Notes: a model not told the origin generated them from the letters alone. Shown: positions 51,166 to 64,000, counted from the first letter of the stretch. The stretch: DNA of 64,000 nucleotides from an uncultured Spirochaetota bacterium (GCA_963734495.1 CAVTHK010000003.1:320001-384000); one strand, 5' to 3'. Made by a program: numbers and translations.

Positions 51166-52392
51166 ATGACAGCCTATCGGGACCGCGCGCTGGCGGATCG
51201 TGTCGCCGAAGCTCTCGCCGATATGCCGGTCGTCATCGTGACCGGGATGCGGCAGACCGGCAAGAGCACTCTGCTGCAGCGCGACCCGAGGCTTGCGGGG
51301 CGTGAGTACGTCAGTCTCGATGACTTCGCGCAACTCGAAGCCGCCCGCCGCGATCCCGCGGCGTTTCTCGACCGCGAAGATCCTCTCTCGGTGGACGAGG
51401 CGCAGCGCTCCCCCGAGCTGCTCACGGAGATCAAGCGCGCCGTCGATCGCGACCGCAGGCCCGGCCGATTCCTGCTGTCGGGCTCGGCGAACTTCGCGCT
51501 GTTGAGCCGGGTCGTCGAGAGCCTCGCCGGGCGCGCCATCTATCTCGATCTTCACCCGTTCACGCGGAGGGAGATTCGGGGCGATCTGCGTCATGCGCCG
51601 GCAGTCCGCCGTATTCTCGAGGACGGCAGGCCGCCTCGGAACGGCCGGGTAGCCGATGTCGGCTGGGACGAGGTCGTCCGCGGCGGGCTTCCGCCTGTGG
51701 CTCTGGGAGCTGTGGCGAAGCCGACCGTCTGGTTCACCGGGTACGAGCAGACGTACCTGGAGCGGGACATTCGCGATCTCAGCAAGCTGGTGGACCTCGT
51801 TTCGTTTCGCAACTTCTTGAGGTTTGTTGCGCTCCGAACAGCGCAGGTGCTCAAGATCAGCGAGCTGGCCCGGGATGCCAGGCTCTCTGCTGCCACCGCG
51901 GGCCGATACCTGAGCCTTCTCGAGGCGTCGTTCGTTGTGAGCCGGGTTCCGCCTTTCCTCGGAAACGAAGCCGCGCGGCTCATCAAGTCGCCCAAGCTTT
52001 TCGTCTGCGATGCCGGGCTGGCCGCCCACCTTGCGGGAACGAGGGCGGGAGGCCCTGACCCCTCGGATCCTCTGCGCGGCGCCCTCCTCGAGACGTATGT
52101 CGCGCAGAACCTTACGGGGATCCTCGCGGCCGAGTGGCCGGACGCGCGGCTCGCTTATTGGCACGTCCAAGGCCGTTATGAGGTCGATTTCGTCGTGGAA
52201 TCGGGACGAGACTGCATCGCCGTGGAGGTCAAGGCGGGCTCGCGCTGGATTGATCGCGACCTGTCCGGGCTGCGCGCCTTTATCGAGCGCACGCCGCGCT
52301 GCCGCGTTGCGCTGCTTGCCTACACGGGCGACACCGTCGTTTCTCTCGGCGGCCGCGTGTGGGCGATCCCGATCCCCACGCTGCTCAGTTGA
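51166..52392 (+). CDS. AAA_14 + DUF4143 ATP-binding protein (second copy)
   Basis: GMRQTGKST, VDEAQ, LSGS, TYLERDIRD, KSPKLF and EVDF..AVEVK. Confidence 0.9.
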   Translation: MTAYRDRALADRVAEALADMPVVIVTGMRQTGKSTLLQRDPRLAGREYVSLDDFAQLEAARRDPAAFLDREDPLSVDEAQRSPELLTEIKRAVDRDRRPGRFLLSGSANFALLSRVVESLAGRAIYLDLHPFTRREIRGDLRHAPAVRRILEDGRPPRNGRVADVGWDEVVRGGLPPVALGAVAKPTVWFTGYEQTYLERDIRDLSKLVDLVSFRNFLRFVALRTAQVLKISELARDARLSAATAGRYLSLLEASFVVSRVPPFLGNEAARLIKSPKLFVCDAGLAAHLAGTRAGGPDPSDPLRGALLETYVAQNLTGILAAEWPDARLAYWHVQGRYEVDFVVESGRDCIAVEVKAGSRWIDRDLSGLRAFIERTPRCRVALLAYTGDTVVSLGGRVWAIPIPTLLS

Positions 52393-52428
52393 GCCAGCCC
52401 GCGGCTCCAAGCCGCGGAAGGAGCCGAC

Positions 52429-52854
52429 ATGATTCGGATCGAAGAGCGCCTGCCGACCGCGGAGGAGTACAATGCGTTGCGCGCGGATGCCGGGTGGGGG
52501 ACCTACGACCGCGAGGTGGCGCGACGCTGGCTGCCCGCTTCGCTCTACGGCGTGTGCGCCGTGGATGATGAGAGCGCGACCGTCGGGATGGCGCGGGTGA
52601 TCGGCGACGGCGGGCTCGCCTTCTACATCCAGGACGTCGTGGTCGCCGCCGCCTTCCGCAGGCGGGGGATCGGGAAGCGTCTCATGGAGCGGGTGATGGC
52701 TTTTATCGCCGGCCGCGCCTCGGCCGGCACCGTCGTCGGCCTGATGTCGGCGGCGGGCAAGGAGGCGTTCTACGAGCCGTTCGGCTTCGTACGGCGGCCG
52801 ACCGACCGGTTCGGCTGCGGCATGACGCTGTTCTGGCCGCCCCGGGGGCTATGA
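52429..52854 (+). CDS. GNAT acetyltransferase
   Basis: VGMARVIGDG, RRRGIGK and FYEPFGF. Confidence 0.9.
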   Translation: MIRIEERLPTAEEYNALRADAGWGTYDREVARRWLPASLYGVCAVDDESATVGMARVIGDGGLAFYIQDVVVAAAFRRRGIGKRLMERVMAFIAGRASAGTVVGLMSAAGKEAFYEPFGFVRRPTDRFGCGMTLFWPPRGL

Positions 52855-53028
52855 ACGCTTCCGGCTGTTGCGCGCAGCCGGGGCCGCCGGGCCGGCAAGC
52901 CCTTGACGTAAATCCAGCACTGCTTTGCGGAGGGCGACGGACCGGCGCAGCTTCTCAGCCCAGGGCAGAGCGGCCCGGCTCTTCTGCCACTCCGCCTGGC
53001 GGCGAAGGATGTCCTTGACCTCATCCAA
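52849..53028 (-). CDS. Small 59-aa helical protein (not in ORF track)
   Basis: TTG start after GGAGG, overlapping the upstream stop; MDEVKDILRRQAEWQKSRAALPWAEKLRRSVALRKAV. Confidence 0.6.
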   Translation of the reverse strand: MDEVKDILRRQAEWQKSRAALPWAEKLRRSVALRKAVLDLRQGLAGPAAPAARNSRKRS

Positions 53029-53530
53029 TCAGGAACCTCCTCACGAACTCGCTCCAAGCCTGCTCGAAGCTGTGGCGCCTGGCCAACGCCTCGATCTCTT
53101 GCGACTTGACCCTGCCGGACTCGAGCAACGCGAGCACCCGCGTCAAGTCTTTTGGCCTTCCGGCCTGGACGGCGATGGCAGCCAGGTAGTCGGCGCGAAC
53201 GACCCGAAGCGGGTATCCTTCGATCTCGTCGGTCTCGGCCTCCCGCACCGCCCACTCCGTCAGAGAGTTGAAGGCAGGAATGAACTGGACCGGCCAGTCA
53301 CCAACGCGAACGGATTCGCCCTCGGGGAGGTAACCCCGAGAGGCGCAGAAGCTGTAGACTGGACCGAGGACGTCCACAGTCTCCGCTGGAGGCAGCGCGA
53401 TCAGGACGTCGGCATCGAGAGTGACGACGGCCTCCGTGTAGCGCATCTGAGCCACAGCGCCGAAGAGGGCATAGTCCCGCACTACCCCGGCGGCGAGCAT
53501 CTCGCCCAGCAGCCGCGCGACTTCCTTCAT
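53021..53530 (-). CDS. Nucleotidyltransferase-like protein (AbiEii/DUF2204-like)
   Basis: YALFGAVA..TLDADV (G-x / DxD motif) and AGRPKD. Confidence 0.7.
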   Translation of the reverse strand: MKEVARLLGEMLAAGVVRDYALFGAVAQMRYTEAVVTLDADVLIALPPAETVDVLGPVYSFCASRGYLPEGESVRVGDWPVQFIPAFNSLTEWAVREAETDEIEGYPLRVVRADYLAAIAVQAGRPKDLTRVLALLESGRVKSQEIEALARRHSFEQAWSEFVRRFLIG

Positions 53531-53583
53531 GCTGCATAGACCATACGACCGCGAGCGACACGGGTGCAAGCACCCCGTAGACT

Positions 53584-55119
53584 CTACACGAACCGATTGC
53601 GGATCTCGGCGCTCACGTAGTCGAGCGTGGCGACGGTGATGGCGATGAACCACACCGCGATGCCCGCCGAGCGGTAGTCGAGGAGCCGGATGAACTGCAC
53701 GAGCAGGAAGCCGACGCCGCCGCCGCCGACGAGGCCGATGACCGTCGACATGCGCACGTTGATGTCCCAGCGGTAGATCGAGAACGAGACGAACGGCGGG
53801 ATCATCTGCGGAACGACCGCGTAGGCGATGGTCTGCAGCCGCGTGGCGCCCGTGGCCTGGATCGCCTCGATCGGACCTGCATCGATGCTCTCGATGGCCT
53901 CCGAGTACAGCTTGGCGAGCGACGCGACGGAGTGCACGGTGAGCGCGATGATGCCCGCAAAGGGCCCGAGGCCCACCCACACCACGGCGATGAGCGCCCA
54001 GATGAGCGGCTCGATCGAGCGGACGATGTTGAGCACCGTGCGCGTGATGTAGTAGACGGCGAGCGTCACCGGCGAGTGCGCCATGAGGTTCCGCGACGCG
54101 AGGAAGCTCACGGGGATGGAGAGGATGATCCCGAACAGCGTCGCCATCATCCCCATGAAGATCGTCTCGACCATGCGCGAGACGACGACCGTGAGCGATT
54201 CGCTCGGTTTGATGGCGCCCGCGGCGCCCGCCTGCCTCGCCTCGATGTAGTGCAGCCTCCGCGTCCCCTCGGTGTTCGGGGGAAGGATGCTGTACGGCAT
54301 GTTGATCCTGATCTCGAAGGCGCCCGCGGCGTCGGTGCGGGTCACCACGTAGTCGCCGCCCTTCCTGATGCGGAACGCGTTGTCCAGCGGGTCGATCCAC
54401 CAGATCTCGGTGTCGGTGCCCGGCTTGAAGCCGCGGCCGCGCACGGTGAGCGGCGTGCCGGGCACGGCGTTGTTGTTGGCGTCGAAGCGGGAGAGCTCGC
54501 CGCACGTCGGGTCCGAGACGACGTACGGCTTGCCCGCGACTTCCTGCGGCGGCTCCGGCGGCTTGCCCTGGTCGCAGGGCGAGAGGATCGGCGCGCGGGC
54601 GGTGAGCATCTCCCTCTGCCGGTCGATCGCCGCCTCCCACGGCCACAGGACCTTGGCGAGCGGCGGCCACGCCTGCGGGAAATTGGTGGCGAGCTGGACC
54701 GGATCGATCCGGCTGATCTGCCACCCCAGGACGAAGAACGTCGCGAGGATCAGGGCGAAGATGGCGACGTGACCGCGGTCTTCGGGCGCGCCCGCCGGTC
54801 GCGGGCGCGCCTTGCGCGCGGCGTCCCACGCGATCCCGAGCCACAACGCCACGGTCGCGGCCAACACAAGGATGACGAAGAAGGGCCTGCGGCCGAGCGC
54901 GTGGCCCCAGGCGGAGAGGAGGCCTGTGTGCTGCGGGGCGAGGTCACGGAAGCGCCAGTCCGCCATGACGACGATGGTGGCGAGCGAGCCGAACATCAGG
55001 AGGCCGCGGCGCACGTAGCCGCACAGCGCCTGCCCGAGGCCCGGGAGCAGGAGCGACAGCAGGCCCGCGAGCGCGGGCGGGAGCCGCAGCCCCGCGCGTC
55101 GGGTCGCCGCGGCTTTCAC
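53584..55119 (-). CDS. phnE: Phosphonate ABC permease with large extracytoplasmic insert
   Basis: RSIEPLIWAL, KLYSEAIE and YRWDINVR..GLVGGGGVG. Confidence 0.85.
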   Translation of the reverse strand: MKAAATRRAGLRLPPALAGLLSLLLPGLGQALCGYVRRGLLMFGSLATIVVMADWRFRDLAPQHTGLLSAWGHALGRRPFFVILVLAATVALWLGIAWDAARKARPRPAGAPEDRGHVAIFALILATFFVLGWQISRIDPVQLATNFPQAWPPLAKVLWPWEAAIDRQREMLTARAPILSPCDQGKPPEPPQEVAGKPYVVSDPTCGELSRFDANNNAVPGTPLTVRGRGFKPGTDTEIWWIDPLDNAFRIRKGGDYVVTRTDAAGAFEIRINMPYSILPPNTEGTRRLHYIEARQAGAAGAIKPSESLTVVVSRMVETIFMGMMATLFGIILSIPVSFLASRNLMAHSPVTLAVYYITRTVLNIVRSIEPLIWALIAVVWVGLGPFAGIIALTVHSVASLAKLYSEAIESIDAGPIEAIQATGATRLQTIAYAVVPQMIPPFVSFSIYRWDINVRMSTVIGLVGGGGVGFLLVQFIRLLDYRSAGIAVWFIAITVATLDYVSAEIRNRFV

Positions 55120-55922
55120 AGCGGCTCTCCCGGTCGCGCCGACGCCTGCCGGGGCGGACCGACGTTCACGCGCTGGGCATCTTCACCGTAGATTTCCTTG
55201 AACTGCCCGTCGGTCATGCGCCGGATGTCCTCGCTCGATCCGCGGTAGACGATCCGGCCTTCGCGCAGCCCGATGACGCTCGTGGCGTAGCGTTGCACGA
55301 GGTCGAGGTAGTGCAGGCTGCAGAGCACGGTGATGCCGCTGTCGCGGTTGAGCTTTTCGAGGTAGCCGAGGATCGAGTGCGCGAGCACGGGGTCCAGGCT
55401 CGCGACGGGCTCGTCCGCGAGCACCATCTTCGGCTCCTGCATCAGCGCCCGTGCGATGCCGACGCGCTGCTGCTGGCCGCCGGAGAGCTCGTCCGCGCGC
55501 TTGCCCGCCTGCTCGGAGAGGCCCACCTGCTCCAGCGCACCGAGCGCGCGCCTGCGCTCCTCGGCGGGCCAGCGGTAGAAGACCGTGGGCCCCGGCTTCG
55601 CGTAGCCGAGCCTTCCCGCGAGCACGTTGGTGATCACCGAGGAGCGCTTGACCAGGTTGAACTGCTGGAAGATCATGCCGATCTTCCGGCGGATCTCGCG
55701 GAGCTCGACCTGCTCCGCGGCCGTGACATCGGCGCCGTCCCACACGATGCGGCCTTCGGTCGGGTCGATCAGGCGGTTGATGCAGCGCAGCAGCGTCGAC
55801 TTGCCGGAGCCGGACAGGCCGATGATCACGAGGAACTCGCCGTCGGGCACGTCGAAGCTGACGTCCCGCAGGGCGACGGTCCCGTCGTCGTAGACCTTGG
55901 TCAGGTTCTTGACGGAAAGCAA
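55116..55922 (-). CDS. phnC: Phosphonate ABC ATP-binding protein
   Basis: GLSGSGKST, LSGGQQQR, ADEPVASLDP and CSLH. Confidence 0.9.
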   Translation of the reverse strand: MLSVKNLTKVYDDGTVALRDVSFDVPDGEFLVIIGLSGSGKSTLLRCINRLIDPTEGRIVWDGADVTAAEQVELREIRRKIGMIFQQFNLVKRSSVITNVLAGRLGYAKPGPTVFYRWPAEERRRALGALEQVGLSEQAGKRADELSGGQQQRVGIARALMQEPKMVLADEPVASLDPVLAHSILGYLEKLNRDSGITVLCSLHYLDLVQRYATSVIGLREGRIVYRGSSEDIRRMTDGQFKEIYGEDAQRVNVGPPRQASARPGEPL

Positions 55923-55976
55923 GGCTGCGCGCTCCTGATGAGAAAGGGGGAGCCGGGCGGCTCCCCTTCCTTCACC

Positions 55977-56885
55977 TTACTTCTTCTTGATGAGCTCCAT
56001 CGGATCGAAGCCCGCCGCCTGGAGCACCTGGCGGAAGGGGTCGTAGAAGCTGTCGTCCTTGACCACGAGGTCGGTCCACTGGTAGGCGGTGTTGATCGCC
56101 TTCTTGCCCTCGTCGGTCTTGATGATCTCGAGGAGGGCGTTGACGATCTTGTCGCGAGTCGCCTGCGGGACCGACGGGTGGAACTGGAGGCCGTCGTTCG
56201 GGATGTTGGCGGAGACCTGGACGACCTTGACCTTCTCCATCACGTCGGGCTTGTCCTTCTGCAGGCGCGTGCGCGCGTCGGCGTAGCAGGCGCCCGCGTC
56301 GACGGTGCCGTTGTAGACGGCCGCGACGACCGCGTCATGGCTCCCGGCATCGACGAGCTCCTTGAAGTCCTTGTCGGGGTTGATGCCTGCGCCCTTCATG
56401 GTGAGCATGGGGATGATCCAGCCGCTGGTCGAAAGCGGGTCAGGCCGCGCGAAGGTCTTGCCCTTGAGGTCGGCGAGGCTGTTGATGTTCCTGTCCGCCC
56501 TCGCGATGACCTCGCCCTGGTAGAACGGCGTGCCCGCGCGCACGGACACGAGCGCCGCCTGCGCGACCTTGCGGTCCGCCGCGATGATGTAGGCCGCGGT
56601 CGCGAGCGATGCCATCTGCGCCTTGGGCGGGTTGGCCGCCATCGCCTCGATCACTCCCACGTACTCGGTGGCTACGGTGGTCTGGATGTAGAGCCCGGTC
56701 TTCTCGCGCAGCAGCTTGGCCACGGCCTCGGCGCCGGCGGACACGCGCTGCATCTCGCCCGAGGGGACGAACGCCCAGATGATCGGGTTCTCCTCGGTGC
56801 CCAGCTCCTTCTTGCCCTCGGCAAACATAGCGGTTGCGCCCGCGACGAGCAGCGCGACCGCGACCACGAGAACGCGTTTTGCCAT
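55977..56885 (-). CDS. phnD: Phosphate/phosphite/phosphonate ABC substrate-binding protein
   Basis: DLKGK, STSG, GSHD and IPND; promoter TTGACG-N17-TAACGT at 56915-56943. Confidence 0.88.
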   Translation of the reverse strand: MAKRVLVVAVALLVAGATAMFAEGKKELGTEENPIIWAFVPSGEMQRVSAGAEAVAKLLREKTGLYIQTTVATEYVGVIEAMAANPPKAQMASLATAAYIIAADRKVAQAALVSVRAGTPFYQGEVIARADRNINSLADLKGKTFARPDPLSTSGWIIPMLTMKGAGINPDKDFKELVDAGSHDAVVAAVYNGTVDAGACYADARTRLQKDKPDVMEKVKVVQVSANIPNDGLQFHPSVPQATRDKIVNALLEIIKTDEGKKAINTAYQWTDLVVKDDSFYDPFRQVLQAAGFDPMELIKKK

Positions 56886-57090
56886 CTGTTCACCTCCCTG
56901 ATAGGTTGCGGGCTACGTTAGACCAGCACGACGGAGGCGTCAAGGACAGGGATGTCCTTGCCCGGCACAGCCATGGATGGCGTACTCGACAGCGCGGGGC
57001 TGGGACACGGCGGCCCTGGTCCGGCGTGCGGCCCTCGCGCCCCTTGCCGACCGGCCCGCGCCCCGGCTAATGTGCCGTCGGAGCAGCCTG

Positions 57091-57924
57091 ATGGCTCGAG
57101 GCCGCGTCCGCCTGATCCACTGGAACCCCGGGGCAGAGGAGCTCGCGCGTCCGTTGCGGGAGGCGGGCTTCGACCTCGACACGGGCCTGGTGACGCCCGA
57201 GGCGCTGCGCGCGCTGAACCGGGAGCCGCCCGCGGCGCTCGTCGTGGACCTGACGCGGCTTCCGAGCCAGGGGCGCGACGTCGCGGTGATCCTGCGGCGG
57301 CAGAAGGGGACGCGGGGCGTCCCGATGGTGTTCCTCGGCGGCGCGGCGGAAAAGGTCGAGGCGATCCGGAAGCTTCTCCCGGACGCGCGGTTCGGCGCGT
57401 GGGACGCCGCGGCGCGGGTCGTCGCCGTGGCCTTGGCCGCCGGCGGGCCGTCACAGCCCGTGGTGCCCGCGCCGATGGCCGGCTACTCAGGCACGCCCCT
57501 CGCGAAGAAGCTCGGCATCAAAGAGGGCGCGAGGGTCCGCCTCGCGGGCGCGCCCGCCGGCTTCGAGGAGCTGGTCGGCGGCCTGCCGCGGGGCGCGCGT
57601 CTGCTGCGGCGGGGGGCGGCCTCTCTCACGCTGCTCTTTGTCCGGTCCGCGCGCGGGCTCGAGACAGGGCTCGCGCGAACGCTTCCCGCGGCGGGCGAAG
57701 GGCTGTGGATCCTGTGGCCGAAGAAGGGCTCGGCTCGCGCCTCGGACGTTTCGGAGCGCGAGGTGCGGGCCGCGGGGCTCGCGGCCGGGCTGGTGGATTT
57801 CAAGGTGTGCGCCGTCGACGAGACCTGGTCGGGCCTCCGCTTCGCGCGGGCCCGTGCAGGCTCTGAGGGCGGGAAGGGCCCGCGCAACCGCGGGCCGCGC
57901 GCGACGAAAGGAGCGACGGGATGA
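57091..57924 (+). CDS. Receiver-like domain fused to DUF3052-like domain
   Basis: [16 protein letters not shown], then [38 protein letters not shown]. Confidence 0.65.
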   Translation: MARGRVRLIHWNPGAEELARPLREAGFDLDTGLVTPEALRALNREPPAALVVDLTRLPSQGRDVAVILRRQKGTRGVPMVFLGGAAEKVEAIRKLLPDARFGAWDAAARVVAVALAAGGPSQPVVPAPMAGYSGTPLAKKLGIKEGARVRLAGAPAGFEELVGGLPRGARLLRRGAASLTLLFVRSARGLETGLARTLPAAGEGLWILWPKKGSARASDVSEREVRAAGLAAGLVDFKVCAVDETWSGLRFARARAGSEGGKGPRNRGPRATKGATG

Positions 57925-58754
57925 GCGACGAGAAGTTTCTGGCAGGCCGGGTGGCCTGGGTGACGGGGTCGTCGCGCGGCATCGGACGGGTGATCGCCGC
58001 GCACCTGGCGAGCCTGGGCGCGAGCGTGGCGGTCCACGGTACCAGCCGGACGTCCTCCCGGGCGTTCGGCGAGGCCGATTCGATCGAGGCCGTGGCCGCG
58101 GCCGTCGCAAAGGAGTCCGGCGCGCGCGTGGTCGCGGTCACGGGCGATCTCGCCGACCCGGCGGCCGTGACCCGTGCCGCGGCCGAGGTGGAGCGGGCGC
58201 TCGGCCCGATCGACGTCCTGGTCAACTGCGCGGGCGGCGACATCGGCTCCCAGGGAACGCAGGGCCGCAACGCGGGCAAGCCGGAGGGCAACAACGCGAT
58301 CGACATATCGCTCGAGGACCTCCACGCGGTCCTGAACCGCAACCTGATGACCTGCATCCTGTGCTGCCGCGAGGCCGGGGCGCGGATGCGGGAGCGCAAG
58401 CGCGGCTCGATCGTCAACATCGGCAGCATCGCGGGCCTCGTCGGCCGCGACGGGTCGGCGATCTACTGCACGGCCAAGGCGGCCGTGCACGAATACACCC
58501 GCTGCCTGGCGGCGCTGCTGCGCCCCTCGAACGTGCGGGCCAACGTCATCGCCCCCGGCGACACGGTGACCCCGCGCTTCGTCGCCAGCCGGCCGGTCGA
58601 CCAGGCGATGATGGTGGAAGAAGGGACGCTCGTCCGCTACGGCCGCCCGATCGAGGTCGCGCGCGCGGTGGCGTACCTCGCTTCCGACGCCGCGTCGTTC
58701 ATCACGGGGCAGGTGCTGCGCGTCGACGGCGGCCTTCAGCTCTGGACGGCCTGA
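57921..58754 (+). CDS. SDR-family oxidoreductase
   Basis: [17 protein letters not shown] and [11 protein letters not shown]. Confidence 0.92.
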   Translation: MSDEKFLAGRVAWVTGSSRGIGRVIAAHLASLGASVAVHGTSRTSSRAFGEADSIEAVAAAVAKESGARVVAVTGDLADPAAVTRAAAEVERALGPIDVLVNCAGGDIGSQGTQGRNAGKPEGNNAIDISLEDLHAVLNRNLMTCILCCREAGARMRERKRGSIVNIGSIAGLVGRDGSAIYCTAKAAVHEYTRCLAALLRPSNVRANVIAPGDTVTPRFVASRPVDQAMMVEEGTLVRYGRPIEVARAVAYLASDAASFITGQVLRVDGGLQLWTA

Positions 58755-58829
58755 TCCGCGTCGGCGCCCGTCGCCGCGCCGCCGCCGCGCCGCGTGGACA
58801 GCGGCCGGAAATCATGGCAGATTGTCGGC

Positions 58830-59636
58830 ATGCAGGCAGCCACGCGCACGGGGCTCGCGGTCTGGGAACCCATCTCCGTCGGGCAGCGGCAGTGCATACA
58901 GTGGCGCTTCCCGCACAGGAACATCTACGTCGAGCGGCTCGACAACGAGTGGCACGTCCTGTCGCTCCCGGCGAGCGAGCCGGAGATCCTCGAGTCCTGC
59001 GCCCTGATCGACCGGAGCGACAAGCCCGCGTCGGACGCCTGGCGCCACTTCCTGCTGCTGAACGCCGACCGTCTCCAGCCCCTGCCGGTCCTGCCCGACC
59101 GCCCGCTCGTGGTGCGGCCGGACCGCCCGCTCACGATCCTCGCCTGGCAGAGCGCGCTGTTCTACCTGGAGATCCCGCTCTGGTTCCGGCTGAACGCGGC
59201 GGGTGAGAGCCCGGCCAGGATTTTCGAGGAGGCCCTCACGGTGCTCACGCCGACCTGGTTCGGCGACCCGGTGACGGGCGAGCTCTGCTACACGCTCGCC
59301 ACGCGCCTCCACCAGAGCCTCGATTCGGTCAGCCCGAGCGCCCACAGGGCCGTCTGCCCGGTGTCGATCTCGAATGACTCCGATACGGACCTTCCCTTCG
59401 CGAAGATCTGCCTTCACATCGAGAACCTGAGCGTCTTTATCGCCGTCAGTCAGCTGTGGACGAACCGGCTGAACGTCGTGTTCCGCGGCCCGGAGCAGGC
59501 CACGCAGATCAACATCGCCCACGGTCCGCCGGACGCCGGAGGCGACATACGCCTCGCGAGCAGCGCGCGCCAGCCCACCGAAGGCTGGAGCTTCCGGCGG
59601 ACCTTCGGCATCTTCAAGGACATCGCCGGGTTCTAG
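58830..59636 (+). CDS. DUF432-like hypothetical protein
   Basis: PVLPDRPLVVRP and TWFG...GELCY; adjacent to mscS. Confidence 0.6.
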   Translation: MQAATRTGLAVWEPISVGQRQCIQWRFPHRNIYVERLDNEWHVLSLPASEPEILESCALIDRSDKPASDAWRHFLLLNADRLQPLPVLPDRPLVVRPDRPLTILAWQSALFYLEIPLWFRLNAAGESPARIFEEALTVLTPTWFGDPVTGELCYTLATRLHQSLDSVSPSAHRAVCPVSISNDSDTDLPFAKICLHIENLSVFIAVSQLWTNRLNVVFRGPEQATQINIAHGPPDAGGDIRLASSARQPTEGWSFRRTFGIFKDIAGF

Positions 59637-59712
59637 TCCGGGCGCGCGGTCCGGCCCGAGCGGTGCGAACGAGGGCCCGTCGGGAGCCCGACGGGCTCAC
59701 AGGGAGACTCGC

Positions 59713-60567
59713 ATGGTGCCCCAGCAGATCATCGAATGGTTCCGGTCGCTCTCGCCCGACGTGGTCTCGCGTTTCCTGCGCGTCTCCGTGACGGCGGTCA
59801 TAGGGCTGTTCGCGGTGCGGCTGGTGGCCGCCTTCGTCCGGCGCATGTTCACGAAGAAGTCCAGCCCGCAGCGCCAGATGATCGTGCGCAAGGTCGTCAA
59901 CTACACCGGCTTCGTGCTCATCACGATGACCGTGCTCAGCGAGCTGGGAGTGCAGATCAGCGCGCTGCTGGGCGCGGCCGGGATCGTCGGGATCGCGATC
60001 GGCTTCGCGTCGCAGACGAGCATGTCCAACATCGTGAGCGGCCTCTTCCTGATCTGGGAGAAACCCTTCGCGCTCGGCGACGTGATCCGGATCGGGAGCA
60101 CGACCGGCATCATCCAGTCGATCGACCTGCTCTCGATCAAGATCCGCACCTTCGACAACCTCTTTGTCCGCATCCCCAACGAGAAGATCCTCAGCTCGGA
60201 GGTGACCAACATCACGCGCTTCCCGATCAGGCGCATGGACATCACGCTCCAGGTCGGGTACAGCGAGGACCTGGGCCGCGTCCACGACGTGCTCAAGGCC
60301 ATCGCGCGCGAGAGCCCCTACAGCCTCGACGAGCCCGAGGCGATCGTGATGTTCACCGAGTTCAAGGACTCCGGCATCGAGGTCCTGTTCGCGCTCTGGT
60401 TCGCAAAGGCCGACTTTCTCAACCTCAAGAACTCGATCATGAAGGACATCACCTCGCGTTTCCGCGCCGAGGGCATCGAGATGCCGTTCCCGCACCGGGT
60501 GATCGTGCAGCCGCCGGGCTCCGTCGTCCCGCAGGCGGGCGCGCCCGGCGCGGCGCGGGTCCCCTGA
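59713..60567 (+). CDS. mscS: Small-conductance mechanosensitive channel
   Basis: GIAIGFASQ..SNIVSG, PFALGD, IPN and GIEMPFP. Confidence 0.9.
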   Translation: MVPQQIIEWFRSLSPDVVSRFLRVSVTAVIGLFAVRLVAAFVRRMFTKKSSPQRQMIVRKVVNYTGFVLITMTVLSELGVQISALLGAAGIVGIAIGFASQTSMSNIVSGLFLIWEKPFALGDVIRIGSTTGIIQSIDLLSIKIRTFDNLFVRIPNEKILSSEVTNITRFPIRRMDITLQVGYSEDLGRVHDVLKAIARESPYSLDEPEAIVMFTEFKDSGIEVLFALWFAKADFLNLKNSIMKDITSRFRAEGIEMPFPHRVIVQPPGSVVPQAGAPGAARVP

Positions 60568-60584
60568 CCAGGGGCCGGCGGGCT

Positions 60585-60934
60585 CTAGAACGTCCCGTAG
60601 ATCTCCTCGAGCGTGCCCCCGCGCGCCGCGATCTCCTCGAGACGGCCCGCGGCCACGGTCTCGGGCCCGCGGTCGCCGCCGCGGAAGACGCGGGTGACGA
60701 CGCGGCCGCGCTCCTCGCGCGACCACGCGAGCTCCAGCGCGGGGTGAGCGCGCGAGAGATCGGCGGCGAGGCCGCCGAGGTCCGGATCGTCGCCGAAGGC
60801 CAGGCGGAGCTCGGGCCCGGCGCCCTCGCAGCGCCAGGCCCGCATGTCGCGGCTGCGGAAGTAGCGGATCTCCGACCGCACGAAGCGGTCGATCGCGTCG
60901 TGGTCCGCGAAGCCCGATACGACGAGGATGTCGG

Positions 60935-60938
<4 letters not shown>
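60585..60938 (-). CDS. Hypothetical protein coupled to metH
   Basis: TTG start overlapping the metH stop (TTGA); [27 protein letters not shown]. Confidence 0.5.

Positions 60939-64000
<3,062 letters not shown>

Noticed and set aside
53021-54844. 607-aa ORF suggesting a large nucleotidyltransferase fusion
   Set aside because: The N-terminal part is an alternative frame of phnE; the real gene starts at 53530

Overview
High-GC bacterial chromosomal segment, most likely a Spirochaetota (Spirochaetia) genome or MAG. The evidence is the spirochaete-type HrpA, the type-2 IleRS and 'FAGGQxE'-style binding-protein N-termini; the assignment is inference. Many genes, including essential ileS, are split by single-base indels, which look like long-read consensus errors rather than real decay. 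Housekeeping and metabolic content: sugar/galactokinase cluster, ileS, hisH/hisF, sugar ABC, metY, aroB, hrpA, xanthine-dehydrogenase-family trio, ABC-2 exporter, rnz, phnDCE, mscS and metH. Two lower-GC catabolic/ABC islands lie at about 20.5-27.6 kb and 39.5-45.3 kb, the second with an in-frame deletion. Highlights: (1) a mercury-methylation pair hgcA-hgcB hidden by frameshifts at 30.66-32.02 kb; (2) a structured 5' leader with mutually exclusive RBS-sequestering pairings (candidate orphan riboswitch) at 48.14-48.31 kb before an uncharacterised membrane protein; (3) two AAA_14/DUF4143 ATPase genes, each with a consensus promoter overlapped by its own palindrome; (4) a ~520-aa protein with a split HPr-like domain; (5) a nucleotidyltransferase plus unannotated 59-aa ORF pair resembling a toxin-antitoxin module. 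No rRNA, tRNA, CRISPR array or transposase was recognised. All family assignments come from motif recognition by eye, not database searches.
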